Source: an uncultured Candidatus Rokubacteria bacterium
GTDB lineage: Bacteria; Methylomirabilota; Methylomirabilia; Rokubacteriales; DASRDR01
Direction: 5' to 3'
Assembly (NCBI GenBank): GCA_963708025.1
Contig: CAVPSB010000021.1
Span: 1 to 64,000 of the forward strand
Length of the DNA: 64,000 nt
Below, in pieces: positions 51,901-62,944 of this stretch; position 1 is the stretch's first letter; the number at the start of each line of letters is the position of its first letter. The position numbers and the translations under genes are program-made. The notes below the pieces were generated by a model. That model was not told where the DNA came from and made no database searches. It was given only the letters and a program-made list of their open reading frames with translations.

Positions 51901-52076
51901 GGAGGACCATTCCTTCACACGCTCTCAGTTCGGGACCTCCCGCCCACCCCCCCAGCCCCGCTCCCGCTCGACGGGATCGCCGGGACGGCTCGGGCCTGCG
52001 GCCCTCGCGACGTCCCGTCCCTCCGGTGGCCACCGGGGGGAGGGGGGAGCCGGACGGGCTCCATTCTCACAGGCTC

Positions 52077-52343
52077 TCAGCGGAGGATGAGCTCTCGCTC
52101 CGTCGAGAGCTCGAGGAGCAGCACCTGCTCGGGGCGGACCTCGACGTCGGCCGTCATGCGCTGCTCGATACCGGACGCGGCGTCGCCGTGGGCCGGCGGC
52201 CGGCTGGACTCGGCCAGCGTGGCCTCGAGCCGGTGACGCCCAGGCGAGAGCGGCAGCTCCTCGTAGACGAACGTCGGCCCGTCGTGCCGGAGACCGCTCG
52301 GGCGATAGGTCCGGTCCAGCAGCGGCCGGCCGTCGAGCGTCAC
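52077..52343 (-). pseudogene. Probable C-terminal gene remnant
   Basis: The protein-like tail LDGRPLLDRTYRPSGLRHDGPTFVYEELPLSPGRHRL has no RBS or convincing N-terminus and abuts the TetR promoter region. Confidence 0.45.
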
Positions 52344-52480
52344 GCGCCCGTTGGCCCCGGTATCGACCCCCCGCGCTGATGTGAACGCACCAGGAAAATG
52401 AGGCGTCTGCCGGATTCCCCGGCGGCGGCGAGCGCACTACCGTGAGGCCGTACGATCAGTCGATCGGTCGGAGGTTCGGC

Positions 52481-53119
52481 GTGGCGATCGAAACCCGGTA
52501 CGACGGCATCCTGGGGGCGGCCCGCGACGTCATCGCGCGGCGCGGCTTCCACCAGGCGTCGATCCGCGAGATCGCGCAGGCGGCAGGCCTCTCGCTGGCG
52601 GGCCTCTACCACTACGTCGGCGGCAAGGACGAGCTGCTCTTCCTCGTCCTCGCCCGGTCACTCGACCGGCTCCTGGCCGCCCTCGACGCGGCGTGCGCGG
52701 ACGCGGGGACGCCGGAGGCCCGCTTCCTGGCGCTGGTCCAGACCCATCTCGACTTCGGCTTCCGCGATTCGGCATCGCTGAAGATCGTCAACCGGGACTA
52801 CACCGAGCTCCCCGAGCCCCAGCGCGGCGAGATCGCCGCCAAGCGGCAGGACTACGTCCACCGCGGGCTCGCCATCCTGCGGGAGCTGGACCCGCACGAG
52901 CGCTCGGGCGACGAGCTCCTCTCCGCGACCAACCTGCTCCTGGGAATGCTCAACGGGATCGCCACCCGACCCTTCCAGCGCTCGGGGGAGGATGTCCGCG
53001 CCCTGGCCGACCAGGTCGCCTCGCTCTTCCTCCACGGCTTCCTGGCGACACCGGCCAGTGCGGTCCGGCTGCCGGCCGGCGAGGCGGGAGCCCTCGCGCC
53101 CGGCTGGAGGTCACCATGA
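52481..53119 (+). CDS. TetR/AcrR family transcriptional regulator
   Basis: GFHQASIREIAQAAGLSLAGLYHYVGGKDELL. GTG start with a GGAGG RBS; stop overlaps the next ATG. Confidence 0.92.
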   Translation: MAIETRYDGILGAARDVIARRGFHQASIREIAQAAGLSLAGLYHYVGGKDELLFLVLARSLDRLLAALDAACADAGTPEARFLALVQTHLDFGFRDSASLKIVNRDYTELPEPQRGEIAAKRQDYVHRGLAILRELDPHERSGDELLSATNLLLGMLNGIATRPFQRSGEDVRALADQVASLFLHGFLATPASAVRLPAGEAGALAPGWRSP

Positions 53120-54285
53120 CGACGGTCGCGACGACGGCCGACGCGGTCCTCGAGCGCTGCCGGCGGCTGATCGCCGAGCCCCTGGGGGCCGTCGCGACGC
53201 GCTGGAAGGCCGACCACCCGGGAGGCCGGGCGATCGCGGTCTATCCCGTGTGGGCGCCGGCCGAGCTGATCCACGCGGCGGGCATGCTGCCGCTCGCGCT
53301 GCTCGGCGGCGGCACCTCGGTCGAGCTCACCCACGCCGATGCGCGCTTCCAGTCGTTCGTCTGCTCGATCGCCAAGTCCACGCTCGAGCTCGGCTTCCAG
53401 GGGCTGCTCCAGGGCGTCGACGGGTTCGTCTTCTCGAACATCTGCGACGTGGCCCGGAACCTCGGGAGCCTGTACCAGCGGAACTTCCCGGACGCCCGCG
53501 TCGAGTACCTGCACCTCCCGCAGAACTCGACCTCGCCGGCCGTCGCCGCCTACGCGGCGGCCGAGCTTCGCCGGCTGGCCGACGGCTTCGACCGCGCGTT
53601 CGGGCTCCTGGTCACGGAGCCGGCGCTGGACAAGAGCATCGCGACCTACGACGGTCTCCGCGCGCGGCTCCGCGCGCTGTACGCCTTCCGGATCGAAGAG
53701 CCTCAGAAGCTCTCCACGACCGAGCTGTACACGATCGAGCGCGCGGTCACCACGGTGCCCGTCGAGGAGAGCCTGGCCTGGCTCGACACGCTCCTCACGG
53801 AGCTGCCCCGGCGCCCGGCCCGGCCCCGCGACCGGCTCCGGGTCGTCGTCGAAGGCGCGTTCTGCGAGCAGCCGCCTCTCGGCCTCCTCGAGGTGCTCGA
53901 GGAGGCGGGCTGCTACGTCGTGGAAGACGACTTCCTCCTCGGCTGGCGCTGGTTCACCTCCGACGTGGCCGGCGACGGCGATCCTTTCGAGCGGCTCGGG
54001 CGCGCGTACGTGGACCGGGCGGTCCCCTCCTCCACTCGCCACGAGGGCCGGGGGCACCGGGCGGACGGCCTCGTCGAGAAGGTACGCCGGTCGCGGGCGG
54101 GGGCGGTCGTCTTCCTGCCGGCCAAGTTCTGCGAGCCCGCCCTCTTCGACTACGTCCTGATGAAGCAAGGGCTGGAGCGGGCCGGCATCCCCCACCTCCT
54201 CGTCGAGTTCGAGGAGAAGATGTGGACCTTCGAGCGGACCCGGAACGAGATCGAGACGTTCGTGGAATCCATGCTGTTCGACTAG
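53116..54285 (+). CDS. bcrC: Benzoyl-CoA reductase subunit C-like (2-hydroxyacyl-CoA dehydratase family)
   Basis: PAELIHAAG, QSFVCSI, ICDVARNL, GAFCEQPPLGL, KFCEPALFD and ETFVES. Confidence 0.8.
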   Translation: MTTVATTADAVLERCRRLIAEPLGAVATRWKADHPGGRAIAVYPVWAPAELIHAAGMLPLALLGGGTSVELTHADARFQSFVCSIAKSTLELGFQGLLQGVDGFVFSNICDVARNLGSLYQRNFPDARVEYLHLPQNSTSPAVAAYAAAELRRLADGFDRAFGLLVTEPALDKSIATYDGLRARLRALYAFRIEEPQKLSTTELYTIERAVTTVPVEESLAWLDTLLTELPRRPARPRDRLRVVVEGAFCEQPPLGLLEVLEEAGCYVVEDDFLLGWRWFTSDVAGDGDPFERLGRAYVDRAVPSSTRHEGRGHRADGLVEKVRRSRAGAVVFLPAKFCEPALFDYVLMKQGLERAGIPHLLVEFEEKMWTFERTRNEIETFVESMLFD

Positions 54286-54301
54286 GAAGGCGGAGGACAC
54301 C

Positions 54302-55591
54302 ATGGCTCGAGCCGTCGCTGCCCAGGCCCAGCCGGTCACCGAGCGCCGGTACCAGGGGCAGGTCCACGAGCGCTCGCGGCAGCTCATGTCCGCCTGGATG
54401 GGGGAGCTCGCCCGCGCCGAGGCCGAGGGGCGCGCGACCGCCGCGCTCATGATCTCGGGCAACTGCGTGGAGCTGCTGCGCGCCTGTCACGTCCTCCCCA
54501 TGTTCCCCGAGGTCACCGCGCTCCAGAATGCGATCCGCCACAAGTCGCTCCCGCTGATCCTGAAGGCCGAGCAGGCGGGGTACTCCAGCGACAACTGCGC
54601 GTACGTCAAGGCCGACATCGGGCTCTTCCTCGACGGCGGCATGGGACCCGGGAAGCCCATGCCGTTCCCGACGGTCATCGTCTGCAACTACGTCGGCTGC
54701 AACGTGTACGTCAAGTGGTTCGAGCACCTGGCCGACATCTCGGGCGCGCGCCTGTTCGTCCTCGACGTCCCGTTCGCGCGGACGGACGCGCCGAGCCCCG
54801 CCGACATCCGGTACGTCGTGAGCCAGCTCGAGGAGCTGATCGCCCTGTTCGAGGGGATCACCGGGAAGAAGTTCGACATCGACGAGCTGCGGGAGATCCT
54901 GGGCCAGGCCGCGCGCGCCGAGGACGGCTACGCGCGGTGCAAGCACCTCACCAAGCATCACCCGGCGCCCTTCGACTCCTACTTCGACTCGATCAACATG
55001 ATGGGGCCGATCAACGTGCTCCGCGGGACCCGGGAGGCGGCCGACTTCTTCGACGAGGCCGTGGCCGAGTTCGAGGGCCTGGTGGCGGCGGGGCTCGGCC
55101 CGCTGTCCGAGGAGCGCTTCCGGACGGTGATCGAGGGTCCGCCGCCCTACCCCTACTACCGGAGCTTCCGCAACCTCTTCACCCGCTGGGGCGCGGTGGC
55201 CGTCCAGTCCACGTACTCCACGGTCGGCGGGATCTGGGAGTTCGGGTTCCGCAAGGACCCGCGCCGCCCGCTGGAGTCGATCGCCGAGCAGATGCTGCGC
55301 GAGAACCTGACCAACCGCTCCATCGTCGCCCGCTACGGGCAGATCCGCCGCTACGTGGAAGAGTGGGAGGCCGACGCCCTGGTCATCCACTCGATCAAGT
55401 CGTGCCGACTCTTCTCGGCCGGCCAGGGCGACATGCGCGACTACTTCACGCGTGAGCTGGGCGTGCCCACGCTCATGGTCGAGTCGGACCTCGAAGATCC
55501 CCGCTACTACGCCGAGGCGCAGATCAAGAACCGGATCGACGCTTTCTTCGAGTCCCTCGAGCACAAGAAGATGGTCGCCGGCGCTCGGTAG
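54302..55591 (+). CDS. bcrB: Benzoyl-CoA reductase subunit B-like
   Basis: [48 protein letters not shown] and [10 protein letters not shown]. Confidence 0.82.
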   Translation: MARAVAAQAQPVTERRYQGQVHERSRQLMSAWMGELARAEAEGRATAALMISGNCVELLRACHVLPMFPEVTALQNAIRHKSLPLILKAEQAGYSSDNCAYVKADIGLFLDGGMGPGKPMPFPTVIVCNYVGCNVYVKWFEHLADISGARLFVLDVPFARTDAPSPADIRYVVSQLEELIALFEGITGKKFDIDELREILGQAARAEDGYARCKHLTKHHPAPFDSYFDSINMMGPINVLRGTREAADFFDEAVAEFEGLVAAGLGPLSEERFRTVIEGPPPYPYYRSFRNLFTRWGAVAVQSTYSTVGGIWEFGFRKDPRRPLESIAEQMLRENLTNRSIVARYGQIRRYVEEWEADALVIHSIKSCRLFSAGQGDMRDYFTRELGVPTLMVESDLEDPRYYAEAQIKNRIDAFFESLEHKKMVAGAR

Positions 55592-55622
55592 CGACCGGCC
55601 GACCACGAGGAGCGACGGGAGC

Positions 55623-58420
55623 ATGACGGCTCCAGGGGCGGCAGTGGGCAAGGTCCCCGTCTACTGCTACCAGTGCGTCGCGGGTCCCGACCTCCTCAAG
55701 GTCGTGGTCCGGGACGGGGTCGCGGTGGGCGTGGAGCCGAACCACGACCTGGCCGACGTGCACCCCGCCTGCGGCAAGGTCTGCGTCCGCGCGTACGGGC
55801 TCATCCACAAGCTCTACAACCCGGCGCGCGTCAAGACGCCGATGCGCCGGACGAATCCCCGGAAGGGCCGCCAGGAGGACCCGCGCTGGGTGCCGATCTC
55901 GTGGGACGAGGCGCTCGAGATCCTGGCCGGGCGGCTCCGGGCTGTCCGCGCCCGGGGGCTGGTCGACGAGGCTGGGTACCCGCGCCTGGCCGCGACCTTC
56001 GGCTCGGGGGGCATCGCCCCCGCCTACCTCGGGACCTTCGCGGCCTTCCTCTCCGCCTGGGGGCCGGTGGACCAGGGCATCGGCAGCGGCCAGGGCGTCA
56101 AGTGCTACCACTCGGAGCACCTCTACGGCGAGTTCTGGCATCGCGCCTTCACGGTGGCGGCCGACGTGCCCCACGCCGACCTGGTCCTCTCCTTCGGCTA
56201 CAACGGCGACGCCTCCGGCGGGGTCACCGGGGTCTTCCGCCACGCGGAGGCCCGGGCCCGCGGCCTCCGCTGGGTCCAGCTCGAGCCCCACCTCTCGGTG
56301 ACCGGCGCCGGCGCTGCCGAGTGGGTGCCGATCCGGCCCAAGACGGACGCCGCCGTGCTCTTCGCCCTGCTCCACGTGATCCTCGTCGAGCGGGACTGGC
56401 GCGCGGCCTGCGACGTGCCGTTCCTGGCCGCGATGACCAGCGCGCCCTACCTGGTCGGCCCCGGCGGCTACTACCTGCGCGATCCGGCCACCGACAAGCC
56501 CGTCGTCTGGGATCTCGACCGGGAGCGGCCGGTGCCGTTCGACGATCCCGGATGCCGCCGGCCCGCGCTGGACGGAAGCTATCTCGCGGCGGGGGTCGAG
56601 ATCGGGGCCGATGGCCTGCGGCGAACCATTGCGGAGCGCGTGCGCCCGGCCTTCGCCCACCTCGTCGAGCACGTGCGGCCCTACTCGCCGGAGTGGGCGG
56701 CGGCGATCGCCGACGTGCCCGCCGCCACCATCCGCCGCCTCGCCCTCGACTACCTGTCTCACGCCCGGGTCGGCGCGACGATCGAGATCGACGGCGTCGG
56801 CTACCCGCACCGGCCGGTCGCGATCGTCCTCGGCAAGAGCGTGACGAACGGGTGGGGCGGGTACGAGTGCTGCTGGGCCCGCACCGTGCTGGCCGCGCTG
56901 GTCGGCGCCCTCGAGGTGCCCGGGGGCATCCTCGGCACCACCGTGCGCCTGAATCGCCCCGCCCAGAACCGGCTCGACTCGGTCCGGCCCGGCCCCGACG
57001 GCTTCATGGCGCAGCCGCTCAACCCCACCGGCGCCAAGACCTGGGCCGCCCGGCCCCACGTCCGGAACGGGTACCGGACGCTCGTGCCCCTCGCCGACGA
57101 CTCCCCCTGGTCGGCGGCGCTGGGCCCGGCGCACCTGCCCTGGCTCTTCCTCGGAGAGCCCCCCGAGCACTGGCCCGCGCCGACGCTGCCGGACGTGTGG
57201 ATCGTCTTCCGCACGAACCCGGCCATCTCCAACTGGGACACGGGGCGGATCGAGCGCGAGCTCGAGCGGTTCCCCTTCATCGCCGCCTTCGCGTACACCC
57301 AGGACGAGACCAACTGGTACGCCGATCTCCTGCTCCCGGAGGCGACGGACCTCGAGTCACTCCAGCTCTACCGGGTCGGGGGCACCAAGTACATCGAGCA
57401 GTACTGGCGGCACACCGGCTGGGCGCTCCGCCAGCCGGTGCTGCCCCCCGGCGCCGGCCCCGCCGACACGCGCGACCTCACGGACATCGCCACCGAGCTG
57501 GCCGCGCGCGTCGGGATCCTCGACGAGTACCTCGGCGCCCTGAACCGGGGCGCCGGCACCACCGTGCCGCTCCGGGGCGACGGCTACGACCTCGGCTTCC
57601 CCGCGGGCGCCCGCCCCTCGACCGAGGCGATCTGGGACCGCGTCTGCCGCGCCGCCACCCGCTCGCTCTCCGGCGGCGCCGTCGAGTGCGACCTCGACTG
57701 GTTCCGCGAGCACGGGGCGTTCTTCGTGCCGTTCCAGACGTACCGGTACTACCTCCACGCCACCATGGTCGCCCAGGGCCTCCGCTACGAGCTGCCCTAC
57801 CAGGAGCGGATCAAGCGCGTGGGCGAGGAGCTCCGGGCGCGCCTCCACGAGCGCGGCATCACGTGGTGGGACGCCCAGCTCGACGAGTACCAGCCGCTCC
57901 CCGGCTGGAAGGACTTCCCCGCCATCTGGCGGCAGACCGCCGTCGCCCGCGGCCGGGACGGCGCGGAGTTCCCCTTCTGGCTCCTGACCAGCCGCTCCAT
58001 GCAGTACTCCTGGGGCGCGAACGTGTCGCTGCCGATCCTGGCGGAGGTGGCGCGCCACGTGACGGGCCACTTCGGCGTGATCCTGAACCGCGGCGCCGCC
58101 CGGGGTCTCGGCATCGGGGACGGCGACCTCGTCGAGATCGAGTCGCCGACCGGCCGGACGCGCGGGCGGGCCATCCTCCGGGAGGGTGTCCGCCCGGACG
58201 TCGCCGTCGTCCTCCAGCAGTTCGGTCACTGGGCCACGCCGTTCGCGCGCGACCTGGGGATGCCCAGCCTGAACCAGGTGGCGAGCATGGACCTGGCGCT
58301 CACCGACGCCACCGGCAGCGGCGCCGACCTCGTCCCGGTGGCGATCCGGAAAGCCCCGCAGTCAGCCCCCCCTTCCCCGGTGGGTGGGGAGGGGGGGTGG
58401 GGGGTGGCGGGAGGTCCTGA
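55623..58420 (+). CDS. padB: Molybdopterin oxidoreductase, phenylacetyl-CoA:acceptor oxidoreductase large subunit-like; stop apparently lost by an indel in the G-run repeat
   Basis: [11 protein letters not shown]...CVRAYGL...[35 protein letters not shown] and [11 protein letters not shown]. The TGA at 58418-58420 is one base out of frame, just before the padC GTG. Confidence 0.8.
58364..58417 (-). repeat. Dispersed C/G-run repeat element, inverted copy at the padB 3' end
   Basis: Its reverse complement matches 51841-51900. Confidence 0.75.
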
Positions 58421-58422
58421 CA

Positions 58423-59058
58423 GTGCGTTGGGGCATGGTCGTGGACCTCGGACGCTGCGTCGGGTGCCAGACGTGCACGATCGCCTGCAAGCAAGAGCAC
58501 GGGCTCCCGGCCGGCGTGTCCTGGCGCTTCGTCGCCGACTGCGAGGTCGGCGAGTATCCCGACGTCCGGCGCGTCTTCCTGCCCATGCAGTGCATGCACT
58601 GCGAGGAGCCGCCCTGCGTCCCGGTGTGCCCGACCGGCGCCTCGCGCCAGCGCGCGGACGGCATCGTGTGGGTCGCCTACGACGCCTGCGTGGGCTGCGG
58701 CTACTGCGCGGTGGCTTGCCCGTACCGGGCGCGCCACCTGGTCCAGGAGGCCGAGCCGTACTTCGCCGTCTCGATCCCGCCGGAGCAGGCGAGCGCGCGG
58801 CCCGAGCGGCGCGGCGTCATGACCAAGTGCACCTTCTGCAAGGAGCGGGTGGACGAGGGCCTGGCCCTCGGGCTCCGGCCCGGCGTGGACCCCGACGCGA
58901 CGCCGATGTGCGCGGTGGCGTGCATCGCCGGCGCGATCGTCTTCGGCGACCTCGACGACGCGGCGAGCCCGGTCGCGCGGCTCGTCGCCGAGGGGGACGC
59001 GGCGCCGCTGCTGCCGGAGTGCGGCACCGCGCCGGCCGTGTACTACCGGACACGGTGA
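58423..59058 (+). CDS. padC: 4x[4Fe-4S] electron-transfer subunit (DmsB/NrfC family; PadC-like)
   Basis: [37 protein letters not shown] and KCTFC. Confidence 0.85.
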   Translation: MRWGMVVDLGRCVGCQTCTIACKQEHGLPAGVSWRFVADCEVGEYPDVRRVFLPMQCMHCEEPPCVPVCPTGASRQRADGIVWVAYDACVGCGYCAVACPYRARHLVQEAEPYFAVSIPPEQASARPERRGVMTKCTFCKERVDEGLALGLRPGVDPDATPMCAVACIAGAIVFGDLDDAASPVARLVAEGDAAPLLPECGTAPAVYYRTR

Positions 59059-59061
59059 GTC

Positions 59062-59961
59062 ATGGCGACGATGCCCGCCCGGACGCTGCCCGGCCGGACC
59101 CCGGCGGGGCCACTCTGCCTGCTCCCGCCGGTGGCCCAGACCCTCTGGGGCTGGCCGGCGGTCGCGAACTTCGCCCTGGGAGGGCTCGGCGCCGGACTCT
59201 ACGTGATGGCGGCCCTCGCGGCCGGCTTCGGGCCGTCGGCGACGCTCCGGGTCGCGGCCTGGCTCGGGCCCCTCCTGGTCCTCGCCGGTTTCGCCGCCGT
59301 GGCGACGGAGGCCGGCCGTCCGCTCCGGGGGCCGCGCGTCCTGGGACGGGTGCGGACCTCGTGGATGTCGCGCGAGCTGTGGCTCGGCGGCACGTTCGCG
59401 CTCCTCGCGGCGGGCACGCTGACCACCGACAGCCCGGGCCCGCGGGTCCTGGCGGCCGCCGCGGGGGTGGCGCTCGCGCTCGCCCAGGGCCAGATCCTGC
59501 GGCACGCGCGCGGCGTGGCGGCGTGGTCGGTCCCCCCGATGCCGGCCGTCTTCCTCACGTCGGCACTCGTGTCCGGCGCCGGCCTGCTCCTGCTCCTCGA
59601 GGCCGGCAGCGGGCGGTCGCTGGACCGGCTCCTCGGCACGGCGCTGGTCATCCTGATCGTGCACCTCTGCGTCTGGTCGCTCTTCGTCACCTGGTCCGGC
59701 GACGAGGCATTCGTCCACGGCGTCCGCCCGCTCCGCGGCGGCTCGAGCGGCCTGGTCGTGGTCGTCGGCGGCTATCTCGTCCCCTCGCTCCTCGCCGCGC
59801 TTGCGATCGCCCTGCCGCGGCTCGGCCCGGCATGCGCGGCGGCGGCCGGCGCCCTCATGGTCGCGGGCCAGGCCTGGATGAAGGCCGCGCTCATCCGGCA
59901 GGCCGGGCAGCTCCGACCGATCACGCTCCCCGCGGAGCGACTCCTCGGGAGGCCGTCATGA
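59062..59961 (+). CDS. padD: Membrane anchor subunit (DmsC/NrfD family; PadD-like)
   Basis: [34 protein letters not shown] and about 8 TM segments. Confidence 0.75.
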   Translation: MATMPARTLPGRTPAGPLCLLPPVAQTLWGWPAVANFALGGLGAGLYVMAALAAGFGPSATLRVAAWLGPLLVLAGFAAVATEAGRPLRGPRVLGRVRTSWMSRELWLGGTFALLAAGTLTTDSPGPRVLAAAAGVALALAQGQILRHARGVAAWSVPPMPAVFLTSALVSGAGLLLLLEAGSGRSLDRLLGTALVILIVHLCVWSLFVTWSGDEAFVHGVRPLRGGSSGLVVVVGGYLVPSLLAALAIALPRLGPACAAAAGALMVAGQAWMKAALIRQAGQLRPITLPAERLLGRPS

Positions 59962-60770
59962 TCTACGGCGCGGGGGTCAACGTCGGCTCCACCCAGACCA
60001 AGGCCGTGCTCCTGGACGAGACCCGCCGGATCGTGGCACGCTCGCTGATCGCCACCGGGGCGAACGTCTCCCGCGCCGGCGAGGTGGCGTTCGTCCAGGC
60101 CGCCGAGGCGGCGGGGCTGCCGCGCGAGGCGATCGGCTACGTCGTCGGCACCGGCTACGGCCGCTACAAGGTGACCTTCGGCGACGCCCAGATCACGGAG
60201 ATCACCTGCCACGCCCGGGGCGCCCACTTCCTCTTCCCCCGGACGCGCACCGTCATCGACATGGGGGGCCAGGACACCAAGGCCATCCGCGTGAACCCCG
60301 ACGGCTCCGTCGCCGACTTCTCGATGAACGACAAGTGCGCGGCCGGCACCGGGCGCTTCCTGTCGGCGGCCGCCGACGTGACCGGGATCGGTCTCGACGA
60401 GATCGGGCCCGTGTCGCTCCGGGCCACGACACCGGTGCGGCTGACCTCGGTGTGCACGGTGTTCGTCGAGTCCGACATCATGTCGTACCTCGCCCAGCGG
60501 AAGACGGTCGAGGACATCCTGGGCGGGGTCCACAAGGCGATCGCCACGCGGACGATGGCGCTCGTCCGGCGGGTGGGCGTGGAGGACGAGGTCACGTTCA
60601 CGGGGGGGGTCTCCCGGAACGTCGGCATGGTCCGCGGGCTCGAGGGTGTCCTCGGACGACCGGTCAACGTGGGCCCGGACGGGCACTTCATCGGGGCGCT
60701 CGGGGCAGCCCTGTTCGCCCTCGAGCGGGCGGAGGCGGCCGCGGGCGCGGGCGTGGCGGGAGGGGGCTGA
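59958..60770 (+). CDS. bcrA: ASKHA ATPase activase subunit (BcrA/BadF/HgdC-like)
   Basis: [40 protein letters not shown] and CTVF. Confidence 0.75.
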   Translation: MIYGAGVNVGSTQTKAVLLDETRRIVARSLIATGANVSRAGEVAFVQAAEAAGLPREAIGYVVGTGYGRYKVTFGDAQITEITCHARGAHFLFPRTRTVIDMGGQDTKAIRVNPDGSVADFSMNDKCAAGTGRFLSAAADVTGIGLDEIGPVSLRATTPVRLTSVCTVFVESDIMSYLAQRKTVEDILGGVHKAIATRTMALVRRVGVEDEVTFTGGVSRNVGMVRGLEGVLGRPVNVGPDGHFIGALGAALFALERAEAAAGAGVAGGG

Positions 60771-60773
60771 GCC

Positions 60774-61574
60774 ATGCTGGTGGCAGGGATCGACCTCGGA
60801 TCGGGCACGACGAAGTGTGTCCTCGTCGACGGCGATCGCGCGGTGCGCGGCCGCGGCCTCCTCCGGACCAAGGCCGACTTCGAGAAGGTCGCCCGCGAGG
60901 CCCTCGACGCGGCGCTGGCGGACGCGGGCGTCGGCGCGGACGCCGTCGCCTACGCGGCCACCACCGGGCTCGGGCGCTACGCCATCCCGTTCCGGGACAT
61001 CCAGATCACCGACCTCACCTGCGGGGCGCGCGGCGCGGCGGCCCTGTTCCCCTCGACCCGCTTCGTCCTCGACATCGGGGCCCAGTGCTCGCGCGCGATC
61101 AAGCTCCGCGACGGGGGCAAGGTCAAGGAGTTCCACATGAACGAGAAGTGCGCGGCGGGGTCGGGCGGGTTCCTCGAGCGGGCGGCCAAGTACCTGGAGG
61201 TCGCGCTGACCGAGATCGGGCCCCTGTCGCTGACCGCGGGCCGGCCCCAGCCGATCTCCAGCGTCTGCGCCGTGCTGGCCGAGTCCGAGATCATCAACCA
61301 CATCTCGGAGGGCGTGTCGGTGGAGAACATCCTCCGCGGCATCCACAACTCGCTCGCCGACCGGGCGCTGTCCCTGCTGAAGCGGGTCGGGCTGGACGGC
61401 GAGATCACCCTGATCGGTGGCGTGGCCCTCCAGGCGGGGATGGTGGCGGCGCTCCGGGACAAGCTCGGCGTCCCGGTCAACGTGCCGGCGGAGCCCCAGT
61501 TGACGACCGCCCTCGGCGCCGCCCTCCTGGGCCTCCAGCGCCTGCGGAAGCTCGGCGCGCCCGCGGCCGCCTGA
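60774..61574 (+). CDS. bcrD: ASKHA ATPase activase subunit (BcrD/BadG-like)
   Basis: GIDLGSGTTK, TTGLGR, LDIGAQCSRAI, KCAAGSGGFLE and CAVLAESE. Confidence 0.75.
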   Translation: MLVAGIDLGSGTTKCVLVDGDRAVRGRGLLRTKADFEKVAREALDAALADAGVGADAVAYAATTGLGRYAIPFRDIQITDLTCGARGAAALFPSTRFVLDIGAQCSRAIKLRDGGKVKEFHMNEKCAAGSGGFLERAAKYLEVALTEIGPLSLTAGRPQPISSVCAVLAESEIINHISEGVSVENILRGIHNSLADRALSLLKRVGLDGEITLIGGVALQAGMVAALRDKLGVPVNVPAEPQLTTALGAALLGLQRLRKLGAPAAA

Positions 61575-61610
61575 AGGACGGGAGCCGGCGAGGACGAAAG
61601 CGAGGATGCC

Positions 61611-62057
61611 ATGAGCCGGACGGACGTGGTGGTGCGACCCCTGGAGCCGCCCGACGTCGACGCCATCGTCGCGATCGACGAGAAGCTCTCGGGCCAGACG
61701 CGGAAGGAGTACTGGCGGCGGCGGCTCGAGATCGCGAGCCTCCGGCCACCCTGGATGTCGGTCGTCGCCGAGACGGACGGCCGGCTGGTCGGGTTCCTCT
61801 TCGGCTGGGTCGGGGAATCGGAGTTCGGGATCGCCGAGGCCACGGGGTGGGTGGACCTGATCGCGGTGGACCCGGCCTATCGCGGCCGGGGGGTCGCCCG
61901 GGCCCTGTTCGAACGGTTCGTCCAGAGCGGCCGGGAGCTCCGCGCGCTCGGCCGGGTGGCGACGCTGATCGACCTGGGCCAGGCCGAGGTCCGGGAGTTC
62001 TTCCTGCGCCAGGGCTTCCAGCCCGGACGGATGGTCCAGCTGGAGCGGGCGGTGTGA
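61611..62057 (+). CDS. GNAT family N-acetyltransferase
   Basis: IAVDPAYRGRGVARAL acetyl-CoA-binding motif and FFLRQGF. Confidence 0.9.
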   Translation: MSRTDVVVRPLEPPDVDAIVAIDEKLSGQTRKEYWRRRLEIASLRPPWMSVVAETDGRLVGFLFGWVGESEFGIAEATGWVDLIAVDPAYRGRGVARALFERFVQSGRELRALGRVATLIDLGQAEVREFFLRQGFQPGRMVQLERAV

Positions 62058-62068
62058 AGGAGGCGTCC

Positions 62069-62914
62069 ATGACCGGCGTCATCGACTACTGGTGCAACAT
62101 CTTCACCCCGGAGGGCATCCGGGCGTGCTTCACCGAGCAGGAGGAGCTCCGGGAGGTCTTCCGGTGGTGGAAGCTCGAGGACCACCTCGTGGGCCATGCC
62201 CCCCGGGCGTTCCTGGAGCTCCTCGACCGCGCGGGCGTCGAGACGGTGCTCGTCCCCGCCGCCCGGATGGACTCCTTCCGGACGCGGCGGCCGCTCTGGG
62301 CCGTCCCCGTCAGCGCGGTGGCGGAGCTGGTCGAGCAGGCCCCGGACCGGATCCGCGGGCTGTACGGCATCGACCCCTGGACCCGAATGGACGGGGTTCG
62401 CGCGCTGGAGGAAGCGGTCCGGCGCCAGGGCTTCGTCGGCGCCCACCTGCATCCCTATGGCTTCGGGCTCGGGCTCAACGACGCGGCCTACTACCCCTTC
62501 TACGCCAAGTGCGTCGAGCTGGACGTCCCGCTCGTGGTCCAGGTCGGGCACTCGGCGGAGTCGATGCCCAGCGCGGCCGGGCGGCCGCTCCTGCTGGACG
62601 ACGTCGCCCTCTACTTCCCCGAGCTCCGGATCGTGGCCGCCCACACCGGCTGGCCCTGGGTGGAGGAGCTGATCGCGCTGGCCTGGAAGCACCGCAACCT
62701 CTTCATCGGCACCTCGGCCCACGCCCCGAAGTACTGGGACCCGGCGCTGGTGCGGTTCCTCGGCTCGCGCGGGATGGGGAAGGTGCTCTTCGGCACCGAC
62801 TACCCCGTGCTCCGCCACGGCGATGCGCTCGCCCAGATCGAGCCGCTCGGCCTGCGGGACGAGGCGCGCGCCTGGCTCCTCCGGGAGACGGCGCGCAAGG
62901 TCTTCAAGCTCTGA
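62069..62914 (+). CDS. Amidohydrolase family protein (Amidohydro_2)
   Basis: YYPFYAKCVELDVP, QVGHS, FPELRIVAAHTGWPW and KVLFGTDYP. Confidence 0.9.
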   Translation: MTGVIDYWCNIFTPEGIRACFTEQEELREVFRWWKLEDHLVGHAPRAFLELLDRAGVETVLVPAARMDSFRTRRPLWAVPVSAVAELVEQAPDRIRGLYGIDPWTRMDGVRALEEAVRRQGFVGAHLHPYGFGLGLNDAAYYPFYAKCVELDVPLVVQVGHSAESMPSAAGRPLLLDDVALYFPELRIVAAHTGWPWVEELIALAWKHRNLFIGTSAHAPKYWDPALVRFLGSRGMGKVLFGTDYPVLRHGDALAQIEPLGLRDEARAWLLRETARKVFKL

Positions 62915-62944
62915 CCGGGGCGCCTGGCCCCGAGGGGGACTCGC

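Noticed and set aside
55452-60770. 1772-aa ORF apparently fusing a molybdoenzyme to a BcrA-like ATPase
   Set aside because: The middle is off-frame, low-complexity translation over the real padC and padD genes. It is best explained by a one-base indel in the G-run near 58390 that skips the padB stop.
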